From: Acidimicrobiales bacterium
Lineage (GTDB): Bacteria; Actinomycetota; Acidimicrobiia; Acidimicrobiales; JAHWLA01
DNA: 24,000 nt
Assembly (NCBI GenBank): GCA_036260075.1
Contig: DATAAM010000223.1
Coordinates: forward strand, 1,489 to 25,488
Reading direction: 5' to 3'
Each line of letters begins with the position of its first letter. Position 1 is the first letter of the stretch. A model generated the notes under the pieces. The model saw nothing but the letters and a program-made list of their open reading frames with translations, was not told where the DNA came from and searched no databases. A program made the position numbers and the translations under genes. Of the stretch, positions 1 through 7,474 are shown in pieces.

Positions 1-728
1 CCGCCCTGCGACAGCTGCTCGACGACGTGCGGTCGGGGGCCCTGTCGGCCGACGAGGCGGTGGCCCGGCTGCGCCGGCTGCCGTTCGCCGACCTCGGGTT
101 CGCCCGAGTCGACCATCACCGCGCCCTGCGCCAGCGCCTGCCCGAGGCGGTCTACGCGCCGGGCAAGACGGCCGAGCAGTGCGCTGCCATCGTGGCCGAG
201 CTGCTGGCCGAGCCGGCAGCCGGGCCGGTGCTGCTCACCCGGGCGTCCGACGAGCAGGCCGACGCCGCGCTCGCCGCCAACGCGGGCGGCGTCCGGACGG
301 GCCACACGGTCTCGTGGCGGCACGCGCCCGAGCGAACCGGTCGCATCGCCGTGGTCACCGCGGGCACCGCCGACCTCCCGGTGGCCGAGGAGTGCGTGGC
401 CACGTTGACGGCGTTCGGGTTCCGCCCCCAGCTCGTGGCCGACTGCGGCGTGGCGGGCGTGCACCGCCTGCTCGGTTCGCTCGACGATCTGGCCGAGGCC
501 GACGCCGTGGTCGTGGTGGCGGGGATGGAGGGCGCGCTGGCCAGCGTGGTGGGCGGCATCACGCCCGCGCCCGTGGTCGCCGTGCCCACCAGCGTGGGGT
601 ACGGCGCCGCGCTCGAAGGCGTCACCGCCCTGCTGGCCATGCTGTCGTCGTGCGCCGCGGGCGTCACCGTCGTGGGCATCGACAACGGCTTCGGTGCCGC
701 CTGCGCGGTCGCCCGCCTCCTTCCATGA
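1..728 (+). CDS. larB: LarB-type nickel-pincer nucleotide cofactor biosynthesis protein (PurE/AIR-carboxylase-like fold); 5' end cut by the window edge
   Basis: The frame is open from nt 3, so the GTG at 27 is probably internal. PurE/LarB-like core seen: IAVVTAGTADLPVAEE ... VVVVAGMEGALASVVGG ... PVVAVPTSVGYG. The stop overlaps the larC start (ATGA at 725-728). Confidence 0.8.
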   Translation, partial: ALRQLLDDVRSGALSADEAVARLRRLPFADLGFARVDHHRALRQRLPEAVYAPGKTAEQCAAIVAELLAEPAAGPVLLTRASDEQADAALAANAGGVRTGHTVSWRHAPERTGRIAVVTAGTADLPVAEECVATLTAFGFRPQLVADCGVAGVHRLLGSLDDLAEADAVVVVAGMEGALASVVGGITPAPVVAVPTSVGYGAALEGVTALLAMLSSCAAGVTVVGIDNGFGAACAVARLLP

Positions 729-1927
729 CGAACGTCGCCTGGTTCCACTGCTTCGCCGGCATCGCGGGCGACATGGCCCTCGGGTCGCTTCTCGACGCGG
801 GAGCCGACGTGGAGGAGGTGGCCCGCCTGCTCGACCGCCTGCCGGTGTCGGGATGGTCGCTGGAGACCCGCCCGGTGCAGCGAAGCGGGATCGCCGCCAC
901 CCGCGTGGAGGTACGGGCGCGCGAGACGGGCGTGGTGCGCACGCACGCGCACATCGTGGGGCTGGTGGAGGAAGCGCGCCTGCCCGACCGGGTGCGCGAC
1001 CGGGCGATCGCCGTCTTCGGTGCCTTGGCCGAGGTGGAGGGGCGGCTGCACCGCCGCCATCCCTCACAGGTGCACTTCCACGAAGTCGGCGGGCTCGACG
1101 CGATCGTCGACGTGGTCGGCTCGTGCGCGGCGCTCGAGGTGCTCGACGTCGACCGTGTCGAGGCCAGCCCGGTGGCGACCGGCACAGGGATGGTGCGGAC
1201 CGCCCACGGCGTGCTGCCCAACCCGGCGCCCGCGGTGGTGGAGCTGTTGCAGGGCGCACCCACCTACGGCCGCGACGTGACGACCGAGCTCACCACGCCC
1301 ACCGGCGCCGCCCTCCTCGCCGCGCTGGCATCGGGCTTCGGACCCCTGCCGCCGATGACGATCTCCTCCACCGGGTTCGGCGCGGGCAGCCGCGAGCTCG
1401 ACGGGCTGCCCAACCTCACCCAGGTCGTGCTGGGCACGGCGGCCGACGATCCGGAGGCGTCGACGGGCGCGGGCCAGCCGGTCGTGGAGCTCTCGGCCAA
1501 CGTCGACGACGCCACCGGGGAGACCCTGGCGCACGCGGTCGGCGCGCTGCTGGAGGCGGGTGCCCACGACGCCTGGGTGGTGCCCGCGCTGATGAAGAAG
1601 GGGCGGCCCGGCCACGTCGTGCACGCGCTGTGCGACGTGGCCCTCGTGGAGCAGGTGGCCCGGGCGCTCACGCGGGAGACGGGGTCGCTCGGCGTGCGGG
1701 GCCACGTGCTCGAGCGGTGGCCGTCCTCCCGGCGCACCGACGAGGTGGACGTGGAGGGCTTCCCCGTGCGGGTGAAGGTGAGCCCCGGGCGGGTGAAGGC
1801 CGAGCACGACGACGCCGCTCGGGTCGCCCGTCGCACCGGCCTCCCCCTGCGGGAGGTGGCGTTCCGGGCCGAGACGGCCTACCGCCGCCTCCATCCGCTG
1901 CCCGGCCCGGGCGACGAAGCCGGCTGA
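725..1927 (+). CDS. larC: LarC (DUF111) nickel insertion protein for pincer cofactor
   Basis: The true start is the ATG at 725 (MTNVAWFHCFAGIAGDM...), inside the 179..1927 ORF whose Arg/Gly-rich N-terminal extension is a GC artefact. Family motifs: HFHEVGGLDAIVDVVG, TTPTGAALL, MKKGRPG. It is one uninterrupted ORF. Confidence 0.85.
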   Translation: MTNVAWFHCFAGIAGDMALGSLLDAGADVEEVARLLDRLPVSGWSLETRPVQRSGIAATRVEVRARETGVVRTHAHIVGLVEEARLPDRVRDRAIAVFGALAEVEGRLHRRHPSQVHFHEVGGLDAIVDVVGSCAALEVLDVDRVEASPVATGTGMVRTAHGVLPNPAPAVVELLQGAPTYGRDVTTELTTPTGAALLAALASGFGPLPPMTISSTGFGAGSRELDGLPNLTQVVLGTAADDPEASTGAGQPVVELSANVDDATGETLAHAVGALLEAGAHDAWVVPALMKKGRPGHVVHALCDVALVEQVARALTRETGSLGVRGHVLERWPSSRRTDEVDVEGFPVRVKVSPGRVKAEHDDAARVARRTGLPLREVAFRAETAYRRLHPLPGPGDEAG

Positions 1928-1929
1928 CA

Positions 1930-1991
1930 CCCTCGTTTTCTTCGCAGATCGCGGTCCTCCCACGCCTGCGTTTGCGGAGAAAACGCGAGGG
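1930..1991. terminator. Imperfect long inverted repeat between convergent genes (candidate bidirectional terminator)
   Basis: CCCTCGTTTTCTTCGCA (about 1930-1946) pairs imperfectly with TGCGGAGAAAACGCGAGGG (about 1973-1991). It lies between the larC stop (1927) and the stop of the minus-strand gene (2003), and is followed by a G9 run (1989-1997). Confidence 0.4.
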
Positions 1992-2002
1992 GGGGGGTTG
2001 GG

Positions 2003-2986
2003 TCAGCGGAAGACGAGGGGCATGGGCAGGGTGTTGTCCTCCAAGCGGGCCTCGCCCTCGACGGGCCCGATCGTGACCGACAGGGTGCTGGCCGCTCCCG
2101 CCACCGGCCGCAGCCCGCCGAGCACCACGGTGGCCCGTTGGCCGGGTGCGAGATCCACGAAGTCGCGGGCACTGTCGCTCACCCCGTCGGCGGTGAGCGT
2201 GGCCACCACCGGCACCCGCTTCTCGGCTTCGTTGCCGACGTTGGCCACCACGATCTGCAACCGCAGCGACCGCACGGCGGGCAGCACGGAGGTGGCTCCC
2301 TCGCTGCCCACGGCCGCCGGGTCGGTGGTGACGAGGGCCACGGCGAGGTCGTGCACCGGAGCCAGCGACGCGCTCGCCCGCAGGGAGTGCACGAACGCGG
2401 CCAGCTCCCCGCCCGTCCAGCCCAGGCCCCCCGGCACCCACTCGGAGGGCGGCATCGCTCCCGCGGGCTTGCCGTCGACGCGGGGGATCGAGTCGAGGAA
2501 CACCACGTACGTGCCGTCGCCGGTGGCGAGGTCGCGCCCGGCGCGCACGAGCGCGTCGACCGCCGGTTCCGGTGGATCGGTGCCAAGGGCGCGCGTGAGC
2601 GCCTCACGCACCTGCTCCGCCGCCCGCGCCCGGATGGCCATGGTGGCCACGAGGAGGTTGTGCGAGGTCTCCAACGACTCCGGCGGGTCGGCCTCGCGCA
2701 CGAGGCGCAGCACCGAGCGGGCCTCGGCGGCAACCCGCTGCAGCCGCCGCCCCACGGCGGCGCGGCCCAGGCGGGCGGCCTCGTCGCGCACCCGCACGAG
2801 GTCGGCCCCCTGCTCGGTGGAGCGTTCGACGGCGGGCCGCACGCGGTCGAGGTAGGCGAGCTGGGCCAGGCGGACGGAGGGGCCGTCGGAGCCGCCGGAA
2901 GCGGCGTTGACCGCCAGGACGAGGAGCGTCAGGAGCGCGCCGAGCAGCAGCCAGCGGGGTCGCCGACGGCGAGGGGCGCGAGCCAT
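2003..2986 (-). CDS. Hypothetical secreted/membrane-anchored protein with a beta-rich (CARDB/Ig-like?) C-terminus
   Basis: N-terminal RRRRPRWLLLGALLTLLVLAVNA looks like a signal anchor. The C-terminal region LRLQIVVANVGNEAEKRVPVVATLTADG...ATVVLGGL resembles CARDB-type repeats by eye. It starts 22 nt downstream of the histidine kinase stop on the same strand. Confidence 0.55.
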   Translation of the reverse strand: MARAPRRRRPRWLLLGALLTLLVLAVNAASGGSDGPSVRLAQLAYLDRVRPAVERSTEQGADLVRVRDEAARLGRAAVGRRLQRVAAEARSVLRLVREADPPESLETSHNLLVATMAIRARAAEQVREALTRALGTDPPEPAVDALVRAGRDLATGDGTYVVFLDSIPRVDGKPAGAMPPSEWVPGGLGWTGGELAAFVHSLRASASLAPVHDLAVALVTTDPAAVGSEGATSVLPAVRSLRLQIVVANVGNEAEKRVPVVATLTADGVSDSARDFVDLAPGQRATVVLGGLRPVAGAASTLSVTIGPVEGEARLEDNTLPMPLVFR

Positions 2987-3008
2987 CGGCGCCCGACGCT
3001 AGCGAACG

Positions 3009-4676
3009 TCACCGCCGCCGACGCCGGGGCCCGTAGCCATCGCCCGCCGCCGGCAGGCTCATCGCGAACGCCGCCCCGCCTCCCGGGTTGTCCGCGACCC
3101 ACAGGTCGCCGCCCTGCTCGCGCATGAGCCGCGAGGCCACGTACAGCCCGAGTCCCGAGCCCTCGGTGCCCGCCGACGTGGATCCCCGACGGGCGCGCTC
3201 GAAGACGGTCCGCCGTTCGGCGACGGGCACGCCCGGGCCTTTGTCGGCCACCGTCACGACCACCCAGTCGTCGCGGACCTCCCCCCGCACCTCGACGGGG
3301 GTGCCGGGCGCGTAGCGGGCTGCGTTGTCGAGGAGGTTGCGCAGCACCTGCACCGTCTCGGTGGGCCGGCCGACGGCCACGAGGCGGTCGTCGACGTCGA
3401 GCGTGACATCGTGGCCGCTTGAGCGTTCGAGGAGCACGACCGGCTCGATCACCTCGCACACCGGGAACGGCCGCGGCTCCTCCCGCTCCCGCGCGGCCAC
3501 CAGCTCCTGCAGCCGGCTGACCTCGGCTCCGAGCGCGTGCGTCAGCGCGTCGACCGTGCCCGCGTCGAGCTCGTCGTGGCTCCGACCGAGCAGGTCGGCC
3601 ACGCCGCCTATGGCGAACAGAGCGGAGCGCACGTCGTGCTGTCGCTCTTCGAGCGCTTGGCGCTCCGCCTCGCGCTGTGCCTCGATGCTGCGCACGCGGG
3701 CCTGCGAGCGCCGGAGCGCGGTGGCCTGGCGAGCGTGCTGCTCGTGCAGGTCGCGGTTGACGCCCATGAGGGCGAACAGCACGCCTTCGAAGCGGAGGAT
3801 GCGACTGGCGGCCAGCCACAGCGACCCCGCCGGGTAGGTGACGGCCAGGGCCATCCGGGCTTCGCCGAGGCCGAGCAGCATGAGCGCCAGCCACGCGTAG
3901 AGCGGGCGGTCGCGTGCGTCGGCGCACACCCAGAAGCGGACGGCGAGGAGCAGCACCACCCCGGCCACGAGCGCGTGTGCCACCGCCTGCCCCGCCGACG
4001 GCACCGTGCCCTCGCGCCGTCCGGCCAGGATCTCGGCGGTGGCGGGTGAGAGCACGAGCACCGTCGTGAGAACGGCCAACCCGAAGAGGGCCATCACCCC
4101 GGCGCGCGCCGGGGGGACCGTGCGCAGCCGGTCGCGCAGGCGTCCCGGAAGCGGGAAGACGGGCAGGGCCAGGACGAGCAGGCCGACCACGAAGCCGAGC
4201 GGCGGGACGAGCTCAACGAGTGTGTCGTCGCGCGCCCCCACGGGCAGGCGGGGGAGGACGAGCTCGTCGAAGCCCACGAACACGGCCCCGAGGATCACGA
4301 GGCCCACCCCGACGGCGATGTCGCGCCGTTCGCCCAGGAGCCGCCAGCGCAGCAGCACCAGCGCACCGACGACGACCGCGATCACCGTGGTCGAGGTGTC
4401 GAGGATGTCGTTCACGGAGGCCATGGCCTCGGTCGCCCCGTAGCCGCCCGCGTCGAGGGCTGCGAACACTCCCCAGGTCAGCCCGGTTATGGCCAGCGCC
4501 AAGAGCAGCGGCCCCGTGAACGGCCGGCGATCCGAGCCGCGCGGCCCGTCGGCTGCCTGGGCGCCGCCACCGCGCGCCGGGCGCGCCCACCGAGACCCCC
4601 CTTCCTCCGCTGCCATGCGGGCCCGCCACGGTCGTCCGAGCGGGACGCTTCCGCCCGCTGCTGAACCCATGTGCAC
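3009..4676 (-). CDS. Sensor histidine kinase with multi-TM N-terminal sensor; no response regulator in the window
   Basis: H-box ERQHDVRSALFAIGG, N-box LRNLLDNAARY, G1 DKGPGVP, G2 GSGLGLY. Several hydrophobic helices lie N-terminal. The start is uncertain (ATG at 4676, 4670 or 4616). Confidence 0.8.
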   Translation of the reverse strand: MHMGSAAGGSVPLGRPWRARMAAEEGGSRWARPARGGGAQAADGPRGSDRRPFTGPLLLALAITGLTWGVFAALDAGGYGATEAMASVNDILDTSTTVIAVVVGALVLLRWRLLGERRDIAVGVGLVILGAVFVGFDELVLPRLPVGARDDTLVELVPPLGFVVGLLVLALPVFPLPGRLRDRLRTVPPARAGVMALFGLAVLTTVLVLSPATAEILAGRREGTVPSAGQAVAHALVAGVVLLLAVRFWVCADARDRPLYAWLALMLLGLGEARMALAVTYPAGSLWLAASRILRFEGVLFALMGVNRDLHEQHARQATALRRSQARVRSIEAQREAERQALEERQHDVRSALFAIGGVADLLGRSHDELDAGTVDALTHALGAEVSRLQELVAAREREEPRPFPVCEVIEPVVLLERSSGHDVTLDVDDRLVAVGRPTETVQVLRNLLDNAARYAPGTPVEVRGEVRDDWVVVTVADKGPGVPVAERRTVFERARRGSTSAGTEGSGLGLYVASRLMREQGGDLWVADNPGGGAAFAMSLPAAGDGYGPRRRRR

Positions 4677-4702
4677 GTCCTCGCGATCTCGGTCGCTGTC
4701 GG

Positions 4703-4721
4703 TGACGAGTCTTACTCGTCA
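4703..4721. promoter_or_regulatory. 19-bp palindrome in the kinase / pyrE-like divergent intergenic region
   Basis: TGACGAGT-CTT-ACTCGTCA: perfect 8-bp arms at 4703-4710 and 4714-4721. It overlaps the upstream candidate ATG (4721) of the pyrE-like gene. Confidence 0.25.
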
Positions 4722-5332
4722 TGAGCGCCTTCGAGTTGAGGACCCGGTGCTACGGTCGCCGCTCGATGACCGTCGACGAGGCCCGAGAACGCCTGGTTTC
4801 GGTCCTGTCGCGAGGGATGAGCACGGCGGTCGGCGAGCCGTTCACGCTCAGCTCCGGAGCCCGCAGTTGGGTCGTGTTCGACTGCGCCGACGCCATCTGC
4901 GACGACGACACCCTCGGCTTCGTCGTCTCCTACCTGCTCGACCACGTCGACGTGGACTGCGACGCGGTGGGCGGGCCCGCCCTCGGTGCCGGGCCCCTCG
5001 TCTACGGCGCGGGCGCGGTGGCGGGACGGCGTTGCTTCCTGGTGCGAGAGGCGCAGAAGGGGCACGGGGTCGGAGGCTGGTTCAAAGGGCACTTCCGACC
5101 GGGCGACCGGGTGCTGGTGGTGGAGGACGTGGTGACCACCGGCGACTCGCTGCTCAAGGCCATGCGCGTGGTGCGCGACCAGGGCGGGGTCGTGGTCGGT
5201 GCGGCCACGCTGATCGACCGGGGCGATATCACCGCCGCCAAGGTCGCCGAGGAGTTCGGCGTGCCCTACGTGCCGATGACGACGTACCGCGACTACGGCG
5301 TGGACCCCGTGGAAGCGGTGCCGTCGGCCTGA
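4721..5332 (+). CDS. pyrE: Orotate phosphoribosyltransferase-like type I PRTase (PyrE family)
   Basis: Hood motif FTLSSGARS, flexible loop REAQKGHG, PRPP loop VLVVEDVVTTGDSLL, then ATLIDRG. By N-terminal length compared with known short actinobacterial PyrE, the ATG at 4766 (MTVDEARERL) is the more likely start. G+C is host-like. Confidence 0.7.
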   Translation: MSAFELRTRCYGRRSMTVDEARERLVSVLSRGMSTAVGEPFTLSSGARSWVVFDCADAICDDDTLGFVVSYLLDHVDVDCDAVGGPALGAGPLVYGAGAVAGRRCFLVREAQKGHGVGGWFKGHFRPGDRVLVVEDVVTTGDSLLKAMRVVRDQGGVVVGAATLIDRGDITAAKVAEEFGVPYVPMTTYRDYGVDPVEAVPSA

Positions 5333-5343
5333 GCCGAGGCGGT

Positions 5344-5361
5344 GGGCTACCGACAGAACTG
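5344..5361. repeat. Left terminal inverted repeat
   Basis: GGGCTACCGACAGAACTG. The first 12 nt are identical to the reverse complement of 12629-12640, and 16/18 match over the extended arm. Confidence 0.55.
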
Positions 5362-5427
5362 TCCTGACGTGGGGTTACCCCAGCGTCTTGCGGATCGGTT
5401 CCCCCCTCTGCTGGGTCGCGTTCCCAA

Positions 5428-6282
5428 CTACCCGCCGGGAACGGCTGCCTGGCGAGCCTTGGACTCAAGAGCTGCGAAGTCAGCATCACCGAGTTTGAGT
5501 ACCGCGTTCAGGTTCAAACGGTGCTCATCGAGCTTCGTTCGTGCAGACCCTTCGCTTCGCTCAACGAAGACGAACGCTTCACGAACGATGAAGCCTGCCT
5601 CCCGCGCTCGACTCGCGGTCTCCACTAGAAGCTCTCCATCAGTTCCGACGTCGTCCAGCAAGAGTCCTCGGCCGTGGGTAACGGCCGACTCGACGTATTG
5701 GCCGTCGAGGGGCGAATCACGAATAACCACCGAAGGCAGCTTCAAGATCTGGGCAACGGTCAGTCCGAGGATGGGGTTACCGGATTTCGGCAAGATAAGA
5801 GCGTGGTAATTTTTGACGATAATGTTCTCATTAATACTTTCAGCCAGGATCTCGGCTAGTACCTTAAGATGTGCTTCTGTCAGTACCGCTTCTCTGAGAT
5901 CTAGGGAGTAGCTAGCTTTTACAGCTCCACTTTTGCCCAACGTTTGAGGAGTGTCAGACTTCTTTAGATGAAGAAACATTACCCATTCAATGGGGCTCAC
6001 TTCGTTTGGTGTGGGGAAACCTTCCTTTGCAACCTGTTCTGGCGCGACATCTACGAAGTGCGATTTCTTCTCCGCCGGTGATTCCTCGGCTGCTTCGACC
6101 GCAGGTGGAGACACATCGCCGGTCCTGCGTCCCTGCAGGACCCCGTATAGAAATGCCAGAGCCCCCAACAACAACGAACCGCCCGCTAGCAACGGTTGAT
6201 CCTTGAGCATCACTGCGCCCAGGATCCCGCCGAGCGCGACGGGGAACGGGCCTCGCACCTTCTGCAACCATTGCCAGTCCAT
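5428..6282 (-). CDS. 2TM membrane-anchored OPRT-like (type I PRTase fold) protein with degenerate catalytic motifs
   Basis: The ORF track gives 5428..6348. The ATG at 6282 (MDWQWLQKV...) is preceded by GAGGA about 6 nt upstream. Two hydrophobic helices are present (GPFPVALGGILGAVML and LLAGGSLLLGALAFLYGVL). The C-terminal PRT-like core has SYSLDLRE, ILPKSGNPILG, GLLLDDVGTDGELL and FVFVERSEG. The loop IRDSPLDG replaces the canonical RKxxKxHG. Confidence 0.7.
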   Translation of the reverse strand: MDWQWLQKVRGPFPVALGGILGAVMLKDQPLLAGGSLLLGALAFLYGVLQGRRTGDVSPPAVEAAEESPAEKKSHFVDVAPEQVAKEGFPTPNEVSPIEWVMFLHLKKSDTPQTLGKSGAVKASYSLDLREAVLTEAHLKVLAEILAESINENIIVKNYHALILPKSGNPILGLTVAQILKLPSVVIRDSPLDGQYVESAVTHGRGLLLDDVGTDGELLVETASRAREAGFIVREAFVFVERSEGSARTKLDEHRLNLNAVLKLGDADFAALESKARQAAVPGG

Positions 6283-6374
6283 GGGGGTTCCTCGTTCTGC
6301 GCGACCTGCGGCGGTACGGAGGAAGTCTAGACGGCCGAGTGCTAGCAAAGGTGACCAGTGGGGGGGCGGATATG

Positions 6375-6752
6375 CTAAATCTGATTCTCAGGTCTCGAAA
6401 GGACCTCGTAAATTTCTTCTCGCAGAAGGCGAGCCAGTCCAGCGCCCTCTTGGGCCGTGTTTGCCTCAAGCACCGCTTGCAGATGGCGCCTGAAAACTTC
6501 ATTCAGACTTGTAATTGCACCTTGTGGCAACGCCCCATGGCTGTCCCAGACGTCGCTGATGACGGCAAGCGCACGTGCAATCCCACTGTACCGAGCATCG
6601 CCAGAGTTGTCAGCTGCGTCCCAGCAGTAATTCTCCAGCTCCTGAACGGCCGGAGCAGACAGCAGGCCGTCAGTTATCAGTCGTTCAAGCGATGACGCGT
6701 CCATCCGGTACCGGTTCGATGCCCAAATCATCGTAGGTGATAAGTGGCTCAT
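6375..6752 (-). CDS. Small acidic, predicted all-helical hypothetical protein
   Basis: A 125-codon ORF between the two PRTase-like genes on the same strand. It overlaps the upstream gene's 3' end by 68, 47 or 20 nt, depending on start (ATG at 6752, 6731 or 6704). It contains no motif I recognise. Confidence 0.5.
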   Translation of the reverse strand: MSHLSPTMIWASNRYRMDASSLERLITDGLLSAPAVQELENYCWDAADNSGDARYSGIARALAVISDVWDSHGALPQGAITSLNEVFRRHLQAVLEANTAQEGAGLARLLREEIYEVLSRPENQI

Positions 6753-7347
6753 AGACGCGAACCCCTCGTTCGCGCAGACGTTGACGGGTCGTTTCTCCGC
6801 GGTCGACCAGCGTGACTGCCATGACTACGTCGACTTGGAACGGTTCAAGAGCATCAAGCGCGTCGAGAATCGAGCGACCAGTCGTAGCAACGTCATCAAG
6901 GAGCAGTACTGGAAGACCGGGCGTGAGCGTCGCGCCCACGATGCGCTGACGCTTTCCGTGTAGCTTCTCGTCCTTCAGCACGGAGAACCAGAGCTTCTGA
7001 GCTGTAAAGGCAACAGCGTGCGCCAACGGATCCGCTCCGAGGGTCATGCCTCCAGCTGCGTCGAACTCCACGCCAGCCTGCTGGGTGAGCTCAAGGATCG
7101 CCTCGCCAACTCGCTGAAGGCAAGTGCCGTGAGCGAGAGCGCGTTTGGCATCGACGTAGTCGTGACTGAGATAGCCGGACGATAGTTCGAACGGCTCTGC
7201 TCGTCGCTCGTACCCCCACTTCGCCACCATGGCGATGATCGAATCTCGCAACTCGGACACGCGACTCAACTCCCGAGGCCCGCTCGGGCCACGGCGATCA
7301 GTGTAGGAGTTCTCCGGTTCGGTGTGGACACCGCTGAATCCTTGCAC
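6685..7347 (-). CDS. Soluble OPRT/PyrE-like type I phosphoribosyltransferase (element-borne paralogue)
   Basis: FELSSGYLSHDYVD hood motif, DAAGGMTLGADPLA, flexible loop LKDEKLHGK, PRPP loop VLLLDDVATTGRSIL, VTLVDRG. It is homologous along its full length to the gene at 4721-5332. The ORF-track start is the GTG at 7347. An alternative GTG at 7260 (VSELRDS...) has GGGAG 9 nt upstream and fits PyrE N-terminal length better. Confidence 0.75.
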   Translation of the reverse strand: MQGFSGVHTEPENSYTDRRGPSGPRELSRVSELRDSIIAMVAKWGYERRAEPFELSSGYLSHDYVDAKRALAHGTCLQRVGEAILELTQQAGVEFDAAGGMTLGADPLAHAVAFTAQKLWFSVLKDEKLHGKRQRIVGATLTPGLPVLLLDDVATTGRSILDALDALEPFQVDVVMAVTLVDRGETTRQRLRERGVRVYEPLITYDDLGIEPVPDGRVIA

Positions 7348-7402
7348 AGTCCGCGCCTTCCTTCTCGGGCAGGGCCCGCCAGTTCGGACTCTCAGGTCCT
7401 TG

Positions 7403-7447
7403 ACTCTGAACTCCAGACTTCAGAATCCGAAGTTCGAAGTTCAGAGT
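7403..7447. promoter_or_regulatory. Palindromic / tandem-repeat operator candidate in the divergent promoter region
   Basis: A perfect 10-bp inverted repeat, ACTCTGAACT (7403-7412) / AGTTCAGAGT (7438-7447). It encloses an inner stem ACTTC...GAAGT (7417-7433) and a tandem GAAGTTC GAAGTTC (7429-7442). TTCAGA/TCTGAA occurs three times. Confidence 0.4.
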
Positions 7448-7474
7448 ACGCTGGGCCCTGAGGAGGGAGGGTGG

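Noticed and set aside
179-2441. Long overlapping ORFs (179..1927 N-terminal extension, 694..2076, 152..1060, 1064..1963, 1668..2441)
   Set aside because: These are off-frame or antisense to larB and larC, with Arg/Gly/Pro-dominated translations. The real larC start is the ATG at 725, coupled to the larB stop.
5300-5440. Expected long direct repeat of the tRNA 3' half (classical attL/attR of tRNA-targeting integrases) at the distal end of the island
   Set aside because: I found nothing beyond the 5-bp GCGGT. The boundary is instead marked by inverted repeats, so I interpret the insertion as transposase-type rather than classical integrase-type.
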